NCBI RefSeq assembly: GCF_048593235.1
Contig: NC_133617.1
Coordinates: 327,113,988-327,177,987 of the forward strand
Length of the DNA stretch: 64,000 bases
Origin: Sminthopsis crassicaudata
Lineage: Eukaryota
Reading direction: 5' to 3'
The translations under genes were made by a program, and so were the position numbers. A model generated the notes under the pieces. That model was not told the DNA's origin. It searched no databases and saw only the letters and a program-made list of their open reading frames with translations. Positions 40,241-52,509 of the stretch are shown piece by piece; the first letter of the stretch is position 1, and the number at the start of each line of letters is the position of its first letter.

Positions 40241-40957
40241 AATTTATTTATTTTTAATACACATTGTTTTATGAAACATGCAGGGAGAGAAAAATCAGAG
40301 CAAAAGGGAAAAACCATTGGAGAGATTAAAAAACAAAACAAAACAAGTGAACATAGCATGTGCTGATTTACATTCAATTTCCTCACTTCCTTTTCTGAAT
40401 GCAGATGGTATTTTCTATACAAAGTCTATTGAGATTGCTTTGGATCACTGAACTAATGAGAAGAACCATGTCTTTCATAGTTGATCATCACACATTCTTG
40501 CTATTATTGTATGTATTGTATTCCTGTTCTACTTGTTTTGCTCAGCATCAGTTCATGTAAAACTTTCCAGACTTTTCTAAAATCAACTTGTCTATCATTT
40601 TTATAGAATAATAATATTCCATGATTTTCATATAGCACAACTTGTTCAGCCATTCCCCAACTGATTGGGCATCTACTCATTTTTCCAGTTCTTTGCTACC
40701 ACAAAAAGAACTGCTACAAACAGTTTGCATATGTAGGTCCTTTATCCTCCTTTACGATTTCCTTGGGATACAGACCCAGTAATTAATGGCACTACTGGGT
40801 GAAAAAGTATGCACAATTTGATAGCCCTTTAGCCATAGTTCCAAATTGCTCTCTAGAAGGGTTGGATTATTTCACAATTCCAACCACAGTGTCCCAGGTT
40901 TCCCACATTCCTTCCAACATTTATCATTATCTTTTCCTGTCATCTTAGTCAATCTGA
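40241..40957 (-). mobile_element. L1 3' end (ORF2 C-terminus plus 3' UTR)
   Basis: Reverse complement is homologous to 50270-50800 (CWK.CGK / LFVVAKNWK region). Confidence 0.9.
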
Positions 40958-41249
40958 AGGGGAAATACAAAGAAAGAAAATATGTAATGGGGATTTAGAG
41001 AGTAGGTCTCGCCTTCAGTGACCAAAGCAAGCAAAAGCAAAAGAAATCAATGAGTTAAATAATTTACTCAACATATCATAGTAAATTACTGAACTGGTAC
41101 TAAAACTCATCTTACTCCCAACCCCATTAATAAAGCCTCCAAAAGAATATATACACTCCTTGGTTGTTTCATTTTTGCCTTTGCATTTCCAGCAGCTAGC
41201 ACAATGCATGGCATACAGTTGACATTTAATAAATATTGGCTGATAGATG

Positions 41250-41497
41250 AAAACAGTGGATTTGATTTCCCAGCATTGGGCTGGGAATGAGAAAAATTCA
41301 TTTTCCTGATTTCAAATCTGACCTCAGACATTAACTGTGTCAAACTTGGGCAAATTGCTTAACTCTGTTTACCTCAGTTTCCTCATCTTGTAAAATGAGC
41401 TGTAAAAAGGAAATGCCAAATTACTCTAATATCTGCCAAGAAAACCCCAAAATGGAGTTACAAAGAGTTGGTCACAACTCAAACAAGTGACCGACAA
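41250..41497 (+). mobile_element. MAR1-type CORE-SINE
   Basis: Core plus 'gaaatgccaaattactct...gccaagaaaaccccaaaatggagttacaaagagttgg'. Confidence 0.85.
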
Positions 41498-41954
41498 TCT
41501 TTATCTCATGTTACTCCTCTAACATACCACACTATAACCAAACTGGACCATTCATTCCCTTGTATATTTATTCCTCTGACCAGAATTTCCTCTAATTGCT
41601 ATTTTTGTCTATTGAAATCTTCCCTTTCCTTCATAGCTAAAATGAAAATTGACTACATCCATCTGTGACCATTTTTTTTTCTTTCAACCTCAACACTTGT
41701 GCCTCTCTGATGCCCTAATTTCATTTCATTATGCATAATAATCATTGTATACTTACTGCATTGCCTATTTTTGAAAGTGGGAGTTACCTCAGCATTGTAG
41801 GTACAGAACTGACCAAAGCTAAGGAATACTCATTTTACTTATGGTACAAAATTAACTGTGTGTGGCCCTGGTTTCATTCTTAGTCCCCAGGCAGTCCTCC
41901 AAGAGAGTGAGTAGTTACAGATGAATTGCTGGCCTACAAAGTGTGGAAGAACTA

Positions 41955-42118
41955 CATTCAAATCTATCCTCAGAGTTGTGATCCTGGACAAGTCAAGAAA
42001 CTGTGTTTGCCTCCTCATATGTAAAATGTAAAATCACTCCAATATCTTTGCCAAGAAAACCCCAAATGAGGTCACAAAAAGTCAGACATAATTGAAAATG
42101 ATTCAACAACAGCAACAG
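41955..42118 (+). mobile_element. MAR1-type CORE-SINE, partial
   Basis: 'cactccaatatctttgccaagaaaaccccaaatgaggtcacaaaaagtcagac...caacaacagcaac'. Confidence 0.85.
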
Positions 42119-42235
42119 TAAAAATTTCTATATTGGTAATTATGATAAGATTATACACCAAATATTGGTGAGCGTATTGTATTTTCCATGTTATATTATG
42201 ATTGCTGCAAGGGCAAAGATCCTGTTATTGTTGTT

Positions 42236-42383
42236 TTTGTTTTTGTTGTTGTTGATTTTTTTTGTTTGTTTGCTGAAGGAATTGGGGTGAAGGATCACAG
42301 AGTTAGAAAATGTTAAATGTCTGAGGCCAGATTTGAATTCAAGTCCTCATGACTTCAGGGCTGGTGCTCTATTCACTGCACCT
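42236..42383 (-). mobile_element. WSINE1-type SINE
   Basis: T-rich tail then 'gcaattggggt'-like end and 'gtctgaggccagatttgaattcaagtcctcatgacttcagggctggtgctctattcactg'. Confidence 0.8.
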
Positions 42384-42387
42384 GTTG

Positions 42388-42860
42388 TTGTTTTTAATAG
42401 CTTTTTATTTTTTAAAATACATGCAAAGATAGTTTTCAACACTCACCCTTGAAAAACCTTGTGTTCCAAATTTTTTTGTTCTCTCTCCTCCTCCCTCTCC
42501 CCTAGACAGCAAGTATTGCAATACAGATTAAAAAACATGTGCAATTCTTCTAAACATATTTTCACATTTATCATGTTGCACAAGAAAAATTAGATCAAAA
42601 AGGGAAAAAGTGAGAGAAAAAACAAGCAAGCAAACAACAACAAAAGGTGAAAATATTCTTTTGTGGTTCATATTCAGTCCCCATAGTCCTCTCTCTGGAT
42701 ACAGATGTCTCTCTCCATCACAAGTCTATTGCAATTGGCCTGAATCACCTCATTGTTGAAAAGAGCCAAGTCCATCACAGTTGAGCATCACATAATCTTG
42801 TTGATGTGTATAATGTTCTTTTGCCTCTACTCACTTCACTTGGCATCAGTTCATATAAAT
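42388..42860 (-). mobile_element. L1 3' UTR
   Basis: Reverse complement matches 10600-10724 and continues to 'ttcacttggcatcagttcat' (ORF2 end). Confidence 0.85.
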
Positions 42861-44769
42861 AGAGACCCTGTTTTTAATTAATTTTCTATTCTCATCAGTT
42901 TCTAGGAAATGATTATTGAATCAGTGAACCAGATAGTGCAAAATAATAGATCAGTCCTGATATATTAATTGTCAAGACACATTTAGTGACTTAAAATAAC
43001 TAAAATATTTTCCTGCCTAATCCATCTCAACAAAATCAACAAACCCCAATGGCAGCATATAGATATATATATATAACTTTGTTGGATATGATGATTACTG
43101 AGTTTTCTGAGAAAAATGAGTGGCTGTGGGTAAGAAACTACTAGGTGAGACAAAAAAGGACAATTTAGAAGTAGTCTTGCCCTTTAAATGCTGTAGTAAC
43201 TTAGACCATATTTCAGACATGTGATATCACTTGAGAAATATTTTAAGTAGTTTAATATGTTACATTGTCAAAGGACAAGCAGCATTCTGGATATTAAACA
43301 GAAAAAAATCTTTCTTCAAGCTGTGTGATTTAACTCCATTGAAAAGGCAATGCTGACAAAATTAATGCTAAGGATTTGATTTGGTACTTGCCTTAAGTGG
43401 TGAAAAATGGTACAAAATTTTATTTTAAATTTAATTTTGATTAAATTAACTTTTTTGAATTGTTATGTAATTAAGTGTATTAAATTTCTGTGAAGAATAG
43501 TCACAAAATAAGGGTTGGGGGAAGAGCTAATTTACTACTTATTCTGAGGGTTTGAACTTGACAAGCCTGTGCTTGGGTAAATGGTTTCAATAAGATAGTA
43601 CTCTCATTTTATACTGAATACATCATCTTGTTGCACAAAGCCACATCTTCCTCCTACTTCTGTTAATGATACCATCATTCTCTGGATGTTGTGCTATGAG
43701 AATATTGGTAAAAGTAGGACAGTTGTGTGCATGAAGTCAGAAGAATGCAAAATTGCTTGCTGCCACCATTTACACTCTGCTCCCTATGTCGCAAGTATTA
43801 GTGCTTACATTTAGCTAGAAGAACAATCCTCCCCCGATCCCAAAGGAAAAAGAAAACAAACAAAATAAAACCAACCCCCCTAAAATCCTAAATCCCTAAA
43901 CAAAACAGTTGCACTACCTAGACCTGAGTATGTAGAGAAAGATTTGTCATGTGAAGTGTTAAAAAAAAAAAAAAAAACAAAAAAAAAAAACAAAAAAAAA
44001 AAAAACAAAGTAAGTGCAGTGTATGGAGTAAAAGTGGACTGAGAAAAAGATGGAGAGGGGAAGCAAGGTGAATTGGAGGAGACTTAAAGGGTATTATATT
44101 TCCAATCATTTTAATGATAATTTCTTTAATCCTAATGGATACAAAGGATTTCTTTGTAAATGAGTGTGTTTTGACAACAAATTGGCAACAGCTTCTTAGT
44201 CTAGTGATCCCTTGGGCAGGGATATCTATTGAAGGTAACTGTGATGAGAAAATTCAGTCATATCCTTTATTTCATGGATACATGAATGGCAAGTTCCAAG
44301 CTCTTTCACTAGGTTGTATGGTGTATATAGAAGATAGAATTTAGAGTAAGATTTTCTGGATAAGAATCCTGATTCTGATATTCAACTATGAGAGATTCAA
44401 CTATGATAACCTCCTAGGACTTAGTTTCCTCATCTTTTTTTTTTTTTTTTTTAGATTAGATGATGCTATGATTTCTATAATTACTCTTTAGGAAGAGGGG
44501 CACAAGAGCATTAAGATCTACATATTGATATGTAATCTCCCTATTTTCTTTATATCTTGGGATAGGCAATGTGGTAAGAACAGAGTTAAACTTTAGAGGA
44601 AATAGATCTGTGTTTAAGTCTTACCATATTGGGGGGTGGGTCAAGTCATGTAATCTCTCAAAGTTTTAGGCAACTGATTCTTTAGGATTGATTTGAAGAA
44701 GAGTTGCTAATCTGCATTGGTAGAAGGTTAGCCAAGAGTTCCAGATAGCAATAAAATTACAGTTTCTTT

Positions 44770-45960
44770 CATAATCTCTCTAGTATCTATCCCTTAATTC
44801 TGTTCTGGCTGTCATTGTTTTTATTCAGGCCCTCAAAATATCTCCTGCATAATTATGATTGTTTTCTGTCTGCTATAGTCTCTCAAGTCTCCCAATGCTA
44901 ACAGATTATTCTTTCTAAATCACAGTTCTGATAATGACACTTGCCTACCCAAAGATATTCAGTGATTCTTCATTGCTCACTAAATTAAATCCAAATTACT
45001 TAGACTACCAAATTCAAAGTTCTTTTTTCATGCTTAGACTACAAACTGGGGACCATTTAGAGTCTCATCCCTATTTCTATCTACATCCTCTATTTTGGGA
45101 GGAGGGGGAGAGAAACATATCACTATACACTTTACCTGAACATCTTCATGTATTCTGGTTTCCTTGCTTTTGTTTAAGGTTTTTTTTTTCCTAGCCAGAA
45201 ATGCCATTTATGAAGACTTTTGTGATTTTTGCTCCTCTCTAAAAAAATGGTATTTAATTTTCACTAAGCCTTATAACCCCCCCTTTATTACTAGTCATTT
45301 TTTATTTTAGTTATTTAAATGTTTATAATAGCCCTTTTAATGTGTTGTAAACTATTTACCAAAGAAGACCACCTCATTTCTTTCTTTATTCTAATTAGTG
45401 ACTCAGTTGTAACACAGTAGGCAACCAATAAAAACATTGACTTGACTTTGTTGAATCACCATTATTCTTTTTCTCCTCTTTGTCCTGCTCCTTCTATTTT
45501 GTCCTCTTTTCCGCATATAGTCTTCTTTATTTTCACATTTTCATTTTAGCTTCTTTCCATCAAGAAAAACAGAAGGATAAGATACACATTTCTTTTAAAG
45601 GAATGACAGAGGAGCAAGAATATTTATACTCTCTATTCATATCCTTTGATCATTTATCAATTGGGGAATGGCTCCTATTTTTATGAATTTGACTCACTTC
45701 TCTATATATTTGAAAAATAATACAAGCGAAACTTGGCTGCAATTTTTTTCAGCTTCCTGTTTCTACCTATAAACTGCCTTAGCCTCATTTGGGGTGCCAC
45801 CCCCTTACTTTATCCTTCCCTTATCAAGATTCCGTTTATATGTTGTTTTTCCCCAGTAGAAAATAAGCTCCTTGAGAGTAAAGACTATTGTTGTTTGCAT
45901 TTGTATCCCTAACACTTATTTCAGTGATTGGCACATAGTAAATGCTAATAACTAGTATTT
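44770..45960 (+). mobile_element. Fragmented L2 (3' region)
   Basis: Ends 'ataagctccttgagagtaaagact...gtatccctaacactt...ggcacatagtaaatgctaata'. Confidence 0.6.
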
Positions 45961-45993
45961 GCAAAGCACCTAAGTTTTGTAAAGAATTTTATT

Positions 45994-46173
45994 NNNNNNN
46001 NNNNNNNNNNNNNNNNNNNNNNNNNNNNNNNNNNNNNNNNNNNNNNNNNNNNNNNNNNNNNNNNNNNNNNNNNNNNNNNNNNNNNNNNNNNNNNNNNNNN
46101 NNNNNNNNNNNNNNNNNNNNNNNNNNNNNNNNNNNNNNNNNNNNNNNNNNNNNNNNNNNNNNNNNNNNNNNNN
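45994..46173. other. Assembly gap, 180 N
   Basis: Run of N. Confidence 1.
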
Positions 46174-47054
46174 GTCTCTTTCCAATTTACCCAATTAGCT
46201 GTATTGCTTTGATGATATCACAGCACCTATGCCTCAGTTTCTCATTTTCAGTATGCGATGGTTTAGATCTTGCCAATAATTTTTTTCTAGCCACAAGGTT
46301 TTGTTTTTTGTTTGCAAATGATTTTTCTAAATTGAATTTTAGTTTCCTAAACCTGTTTCAATAACCATCTGTAACATTAAATAATTATTTCCTTACAAGG
46401 AAGTCAGGTGTTACTGTTGAATCATGAAGAAATCTGTTATGTTATGACATTCTGGGTTTCCTACGATTTTGAGAATAGTTTGATAATTATTATGAAAGTG
46501 GTAAACATCTTGATTGTTGGAGGAGGGAGCATACAATAAGTATGGATTCTGAAAGAATTAGATTGACAGTTGTTAGAATTTTAAGTTGGCCAGCAAATGA
46601 CTTAAAATCACATTTGGAAAGGAAACTAGTTTCCTGCTTTCTCTTTCTTCTCATTCCCCAGGAAAATCCACATTTGTCAAGAACTGAAAAAATTTTGGGA
46701 ACTATTCCTTTTAATTGTAGTTCACTCATGCTTTGCTTCATATACAAAAATGAAAGTGGAGAATTGATATAATTGTTTAGATAATCCTTACCTGAGATTT
46801 TTAAATTATTCAAGCAAAATATTTTATCTACTTAAATAATCTGGATAACTTTCATAGTTCTGTACGTATGTATGAGGTTATAGCTTATGTGATTAGTAAA
46901 GATAAATTAAATATGAGAGAATTTTTTCAATTGAATGCAAAATATAAAAGTTAAAAAGAAAAGAGACAAATTGCTAATAGAATCTGAATAGAACTTTAAA
47001 AAATTCCTAAACAAATCATGGTTGAAATATAAATTTTTCAAATTTGGTAGAATT

Positions 47055-47190
47055 TGAATAGGTTCTTACTAAGTGTTAAGTCTGTACTTAACAATTCTCT
47101 AGTTCCGGCCTTTGAAGGGAGTTTTACCCTTTTGAACTTCTGGGGAGGAGCTTGTATGCTTAGGAGGAGCAAGTTCATAGGTTGAAGTAG
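47055..47190 (+). mobile_element. Truncated 5' LTR (U3 part) of a class II ERV
   Basis: About 130 nt aligning to 48057-48187 of the full LTR with about 16 differences; probable TG start at 47055. Confidence 0.85.
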
Positions 47191-47719
47191 CCACAAGAAA
47201 TAAAAACAGATAATGGACCTGCATATAGTTCTAAACATTTCACACACTTTTGTGCACAGTATAAGATTTTACACACCACTGGAATACCTTTTAATCCGCA
47301 AGATCAGGCAATAGTAGAGAGAAGAAATAGGGACATTAAGACTCTCCTCCAAAAACAAAAGAAAGGGGGAGCCACAGGTAGCCCTAGAGAACTTCTAAAT
47401 TTAGTTCTCTATACCATTAATTTTCTAATTTTTCACAAAGATGCACTGGCTCCGGCAGACAGGTTTTTACAACCCACCAGAAGGGCAGTGTCCAGTGCAA
47501 GCAGCTCCACTGTCCTTAGATAATCACCAGGTCATGTGGAGAGACCCATAAAGTGGTGAATGGAAGGGACCAGATAGGTTAACTGCCTGGGGGAGAGGGT
47601 TTGCTTGTATTTCTTCAGATGGAGAAGGAATCAGATGGGTGCCAACGAGTTATATTCGCCTTGTCCATCAGAGAGAGACAGAAAAAGAGAAAGACCTCAA
47701 AACAAAGGAGAAAATCTAA
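47191..47719 (+). pseudogene. pol: Class II (betaretrovirus-like) ERV integrase relic, core plus C-terminal domain
   Basis: Translates PQEIKTDNGPAYSSKHF...HTTGIPFNPQDQAIVERRNRDIKTLLQKQKKGG...LNLVLYTINFL; 1-nt frameshift in the T run at 47464-47468; then QVMWRDP*SGEWKGPDRLTAWGRGFACIS (stop at 47549-47551). TDNG, IVER and WGRGFAC are HERV-K/MMTV-like motifs. Confidence 0.93.
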
Positions 47720-48000
47720 GAAACATCTGACACTGAAATAGCATGGCTAATGAAGACTGTTAAAGAACTTTAATACCAGCAGGAATCATTGGATTTCCTA
47801 ACACAAGATGAGACTAATGGACAATGGACTTATGGACATGTATAAATTCTCAATTTATGATTATTTGATCATGTTATTTGTTACATACTTCTAGCATGTA
47901 CTATGTTACTATGTTACTATGTGTTTATGTAATTATGTGTAATGACTCCCATATTGATGCATTTATGTTTCAAGGTCATGACCACCCTATGTTCTAAATC

Positions 48001-48370
48001 AAAAGAAAGGGGGAGATGTTAGGTTCTTACTAAGTGCTAATGAGATAATGAGATATTAGGTTCTTACTAAGTGCTAAGAGAGTACTTAACAATTCTCTAG
48101 TTCCAGCCTTTAAAGAGAGTTTTACCCCTTTGAACTTCGGGGGAGGAGCTTAATGTTTAAGAGGGGCAAGTTCATTGGTTGAAGTATTTTTTCCCAGAAG
48201 CCTCTGAGTTATTCCATGCCCATTCTCTGGGAGGATAAAAGAGGGCAGCTCTCTGGAGGAAAAAAAAGTCTCTGCTTTAGGTCAGAGTTGGCGGCCAAGA
48301 GATTGAGTTGAGACAGCAGATCTCCTCCCAGAGAGTGATCGGCAGTCTCTGGAGGCAACAGGACTTTACA
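48001..48370 (+). mobile_element. Polypurine tract (48001-48016) and complete 3' LTR (48017-48370)
   Basis: aaaagaaagggggaga directly followed by TGTT...TACA; exact 22-bp internal repeat at 48019-48040 and 48056-48077. Confidence 0.9.
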
Positions 48371-51153
48371 CTACCAAACATTTAAGGTACAATTAGCCCC
48401 AATGTTATATACATTATTGAAAAAAATAGGGAATGAAGGAGTCCTACCAAATTCCTTTTATGACACAGACATAGTACTGATATACCTAAACCAGGTAGGT
48501 TGAAAACTGAGAAAGAAAAACTATAGGACCAATCTCCTTACGAATATTGATGCTAAAATCTTAAATAAATTATTAGCAAAAAAACTACAGAAAATCATCC
48601 CCAGGATAATACACCATGATCAAATAGGATTTATACCAGGAATGCAGGGCTGGTTTAATATTAGGAAAACTATTAGTATAATTGACCATATTAGTAATCA
48701 AATTAACAAGAACTATATGATCATCTCAATAAATGCAGAAAAAGCATTTGATAAAATACAACACCCATTCCTACTAAAAACACTTGAGAGTATAGGAATA
48801 AATGGACTATTTCTTAAAATAGTCAGGGGCATATATTTAAAACCATCAGTATCATAACTGGGATAAACTGGAACCTTTTCCAGTAAGATCAGGAGTGAAA
48901 TAAGGTTGCCCACTATCACCATTACTATTCAATATTGTATTAGAAATGCTAGCCTCAGCAATAAGAGTTGAGAAAGAGATTAAAGGAATTAGAGTAGGTA
49001 ATGGGGAAACCAAACTATCACTTTTTGTAGATGATATAATGATATACTTAGAGAACCCCAAAGACTCTGCTAAAAAGCTATTAGAAATAATCCACAACTT
49101 TAGCAAAGTTGCAGGATACAAAATAAATCCACATAAATCCTCAGCATTTTTATGCATCACCAACAAAATCCAACAGCAAGAGATAAAAGAAATTCCATTC
49201 AAAATAACTGTCGATAATATAAAATATTTGGGAATCCATCTACAAAAGGAAAGTCAGGAATTAAAAGAACAAAATTACAAAACACTTGCCACAAAAATAA
49301 AGTCAGATTTAAATAATTGGAAAGACATTAAGTGCTCTTGAATAGGCCAAGCAAATATAATAAAGATGACAATACTCCTTAAACTAATGTATTTATTTAG
49401 TGCTATACCAATCAGACTCCCAAGAAACTATTTTAATGACCTAGAAAAAATAACAACAAAATTCATATGGAAGAACAAAAGGTCAAGAATTTCAAAGGAA
49501 TTAATGAAAAAAAAATCAAATGAAGGTGGCCTAGCTGTATCTGATCTAAAACTATATTACAAAGCAGCAGTTACCAAAACCATTTGGTATTGGCTAAGAA
49601 ATAGACTAGTTGATCAGTGGAATAGGTTAGGTTCACAGGACAAAAGAATGAACAACTATAGCAATCTAGTGTTTGACAAACCCAAAGATCCCAACTTTTG
49701 GGATAAGAATTCATTCTTTGACAAAATCTGCTGGGAAAACTGGAAATTAGTATGGCAGAAAGTAGGCATGGATGCACACTTAACAACACATACCAAGATA
49801 AGATCAAAATGAGTCCATGACTTAGCCATAAAGAACGAGATCATAAATAAATTAGAGAACCATAGGATAGTTTACCTCTCAGACTTGTGGAAGAGGAAAG
49901 AATTTGTGACCAAAGGAGAACTAGAGATCATTCTTGATCACAAAATAGAAAATTTTGATTACATCAAATTAAAGAGCTTTTTTTTACAAACAAAACTAAT
50001 GCAAACAAGATTAGAAGGGAAGTAACAAATTGAGAAAATATTTTTACAGTTAAAGGTTCTGATAAAGGCCTCATTTCCAAAATATATAGTGAACTGCCTC
50101 TAATTTGTAAGAAATCAAGTCATTCTCCAATTGATAAATGGTCAAAAGATATGAACAGACAATTTTCAGATGATGAAATTGAAACGATTTCCACTCATAT
50201 GAAAGAGTGTTCCAAATCACTATTGCTCAGAGAAATGCAAATTAAGACAACTCTGAGATACCACTACACACCTGGCAGATTGGCTAAGATGATGGGAAAA
50301 AATAATGATAAATGTTGGAGGGGCTGTGGGAAAACTGGAACACTGATACATTGTTGGTGGAGTTCTGAAAGAATCCAACCATTCTGGAGAGCAATTTGGA
50401 ATTATGCCCAAAAAGTTCTCAAACTGTGCATACCTTTTGATCTAGCAGTGCTACTACTGGGCTTATATCCCAAAGAAATACTTAAGAAGGGAAAGGGACC
50501 TGTATGTGCAAGAATATTTGTTGCAGCCCTTTTTGTAGTGGCTAGAAACTGGAAAATGGATGGATGCCCATTAATTGGAGAATGGTTGGGTAAATTATGG
50601 TATATGAATGCTATGGAATATTGTTGTTCTGTAAGAAATGACCAGCAGGATGAATACAGAGAGTTTTGGAGAGACTTACATGAACTTATGCTGAGTGAAA
50701 TGAGCAGAACCAGGAGATCATTGTGCACTTCCACAACAATAATGTATGAGGATGTATTCTGATAGAAATGGATATCTTCAACAAAGAGAAGATCTAATTC
50801 AGTTCCAATTGATCACTGATGGACAGAATCAGCTACACCCAGAGAAGGAACACTGGGAAATGAATATAAACTGCATTTTTTGGTTTTTCTTCCCAGGTTA
50901 TTTTACCTTCTGAATCCAATTCTTCCTGTGCAACAAGAAATTCGGTTTTGCACACATATATTGTATCTAGGATATACTATAACACACTTAACATGTATGG
51001 GCCTGCCTGCCATCTAGGGGAGGGGGTGGAGAGAAGGAGGGAAAAATCAGAATAGATGTGAGTGCAAAAGATAATGTTGTAAAAAATTACCCATGCATAT
51101 GAACTGTCAAAAAAGTTATAATTATAAAATTAATTTTCAAAATGTAAAAAAAA
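48371..51153 (+). mobile_element. 5'-truncated, inactivated L1 (ORF2 RT to C-terminus, 3' UTR, A tail)
   Basis: ORF pieces MQGWFNIRK..., LFVDDIMIYL (FADD changed to FVDD), CWRGCGKTGTLIHCWW, ending MYEDVF* at 50762; several stops and frameshifts; G-rich 3' UTR; 16-bp TSD at 47024-47039 / 51154-51169. Confidence 0.97.
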
Positions 51154-52509
51154 GAAACATAAATTTTTCTCATGTCAAGAAAGATTAATTTTTCATCTTT
51201 TCCTCTGAAGTGGCAAACAACATAATAAAATCATAAATTTCAATCTTCATAGAAATTTATGAGTCTATGAAATTTGTCATGATGCAATAGACACTTTTTA
51301 AGTCCTTGGGGAAAAGAACAGCAAAATATACAGATCACTGGGACCATAAAGACCAAATTCTTCATACTAACCTTATTACAGAGTTGAATAAAGAAATTAA
51401 AGGAGGACTTAGACTTATTATTGTATTTAAGGACATGCAATTTGAATTATCTTAGTCTCCAAAATCAGAAAATTGCTTCCATGCAGAAGCCTACAATTAC
51501 TTTGAAATGGCCAGGGATTAAGAATGTATTATTGAGTAAGTCTGCAACAAACAGTACTTTTGCTTCCTTTGGCATATATTTTTATCACTATCTTTAAAGG
51601 AGGATTTTGAAACATGCCATTTTGATCAAATGTAATGGGCAGCACAATTTCTTGAAGTCATTAGAGCCTTTTGTTGAACCTATGTTTAAATTCATGTCCC
51701 ACTTCAGTAAGAGTCTATATCATATTTAAATAAGTTAAAATGGAGATAAATAGCCATATTATTTCCTTCTTTGATAATAAAAATAAGTGGAAACAAAAAA
51801 GGTGTTTAATTAAAATGGATAATTCTGTACTTTAATATGGTAGATTTTTTACTTCTTGAAAGTAATTGAAAATTACTCTAAGCAGTAAGATCTAATTCCT
51901 TTGAACATTTCTCTTAAAATTGGCCAGTATAGCACATCCATTCATTCAACAAGCATTTATCAAATTTCTACCATGTGAATAGTATGGTGCATGGTGCTAA
52001 AAGTTGGCATAGAGAGTAAGGGGAAATAGCGTTCAAAAATGATTGGCATAGCTCTGTTATCAAACAGGTTATAGTCTCAGTAGGAAAATAAGAGGTAGGT
52101 GGCATGATGAAAAGCAAATTTTAATTAAGAGTCAGAAGACTTTTATTCATATCCCAGCTTTTACCCTTACCAGCTATATGATCATGGACAATTTTATTCT
52201 TGCTCTGAAGCCTCAATAACCTCAATATGAAATGGCAGCAATATATAGAAAGTGCTTATTTAATCTTAAAATGCTCTATAAATATCGATCCTTTGGTTGC
52301 TCTAGTCACCCAAGCTCCCCAAATTTGACTCTATGTCTCTGTCTGTCCATTTGTCTCCTTCTCTTTCTGTCTCTCTGTCTCTGTCTCTGTTCCTCGTTTC
52401 CTAACTCTTTCCCTTTCTCCCCAGTCTCTCTTTTTCTCTCTGTCATTTCCTCTCTTTTTCTTCCCCACTCCCTATATTTATTGACAATATAATTTGTTGA
52501 CAAATTCTG

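Noticed and set aside
46661-46686. Strong + strand acceptor followed by GKSTFVKN, resembling a Walker A motif of deoxynucleoside kinases
   Set aside because: An in-frame TGA follows at once, with no donor and no partner exons.
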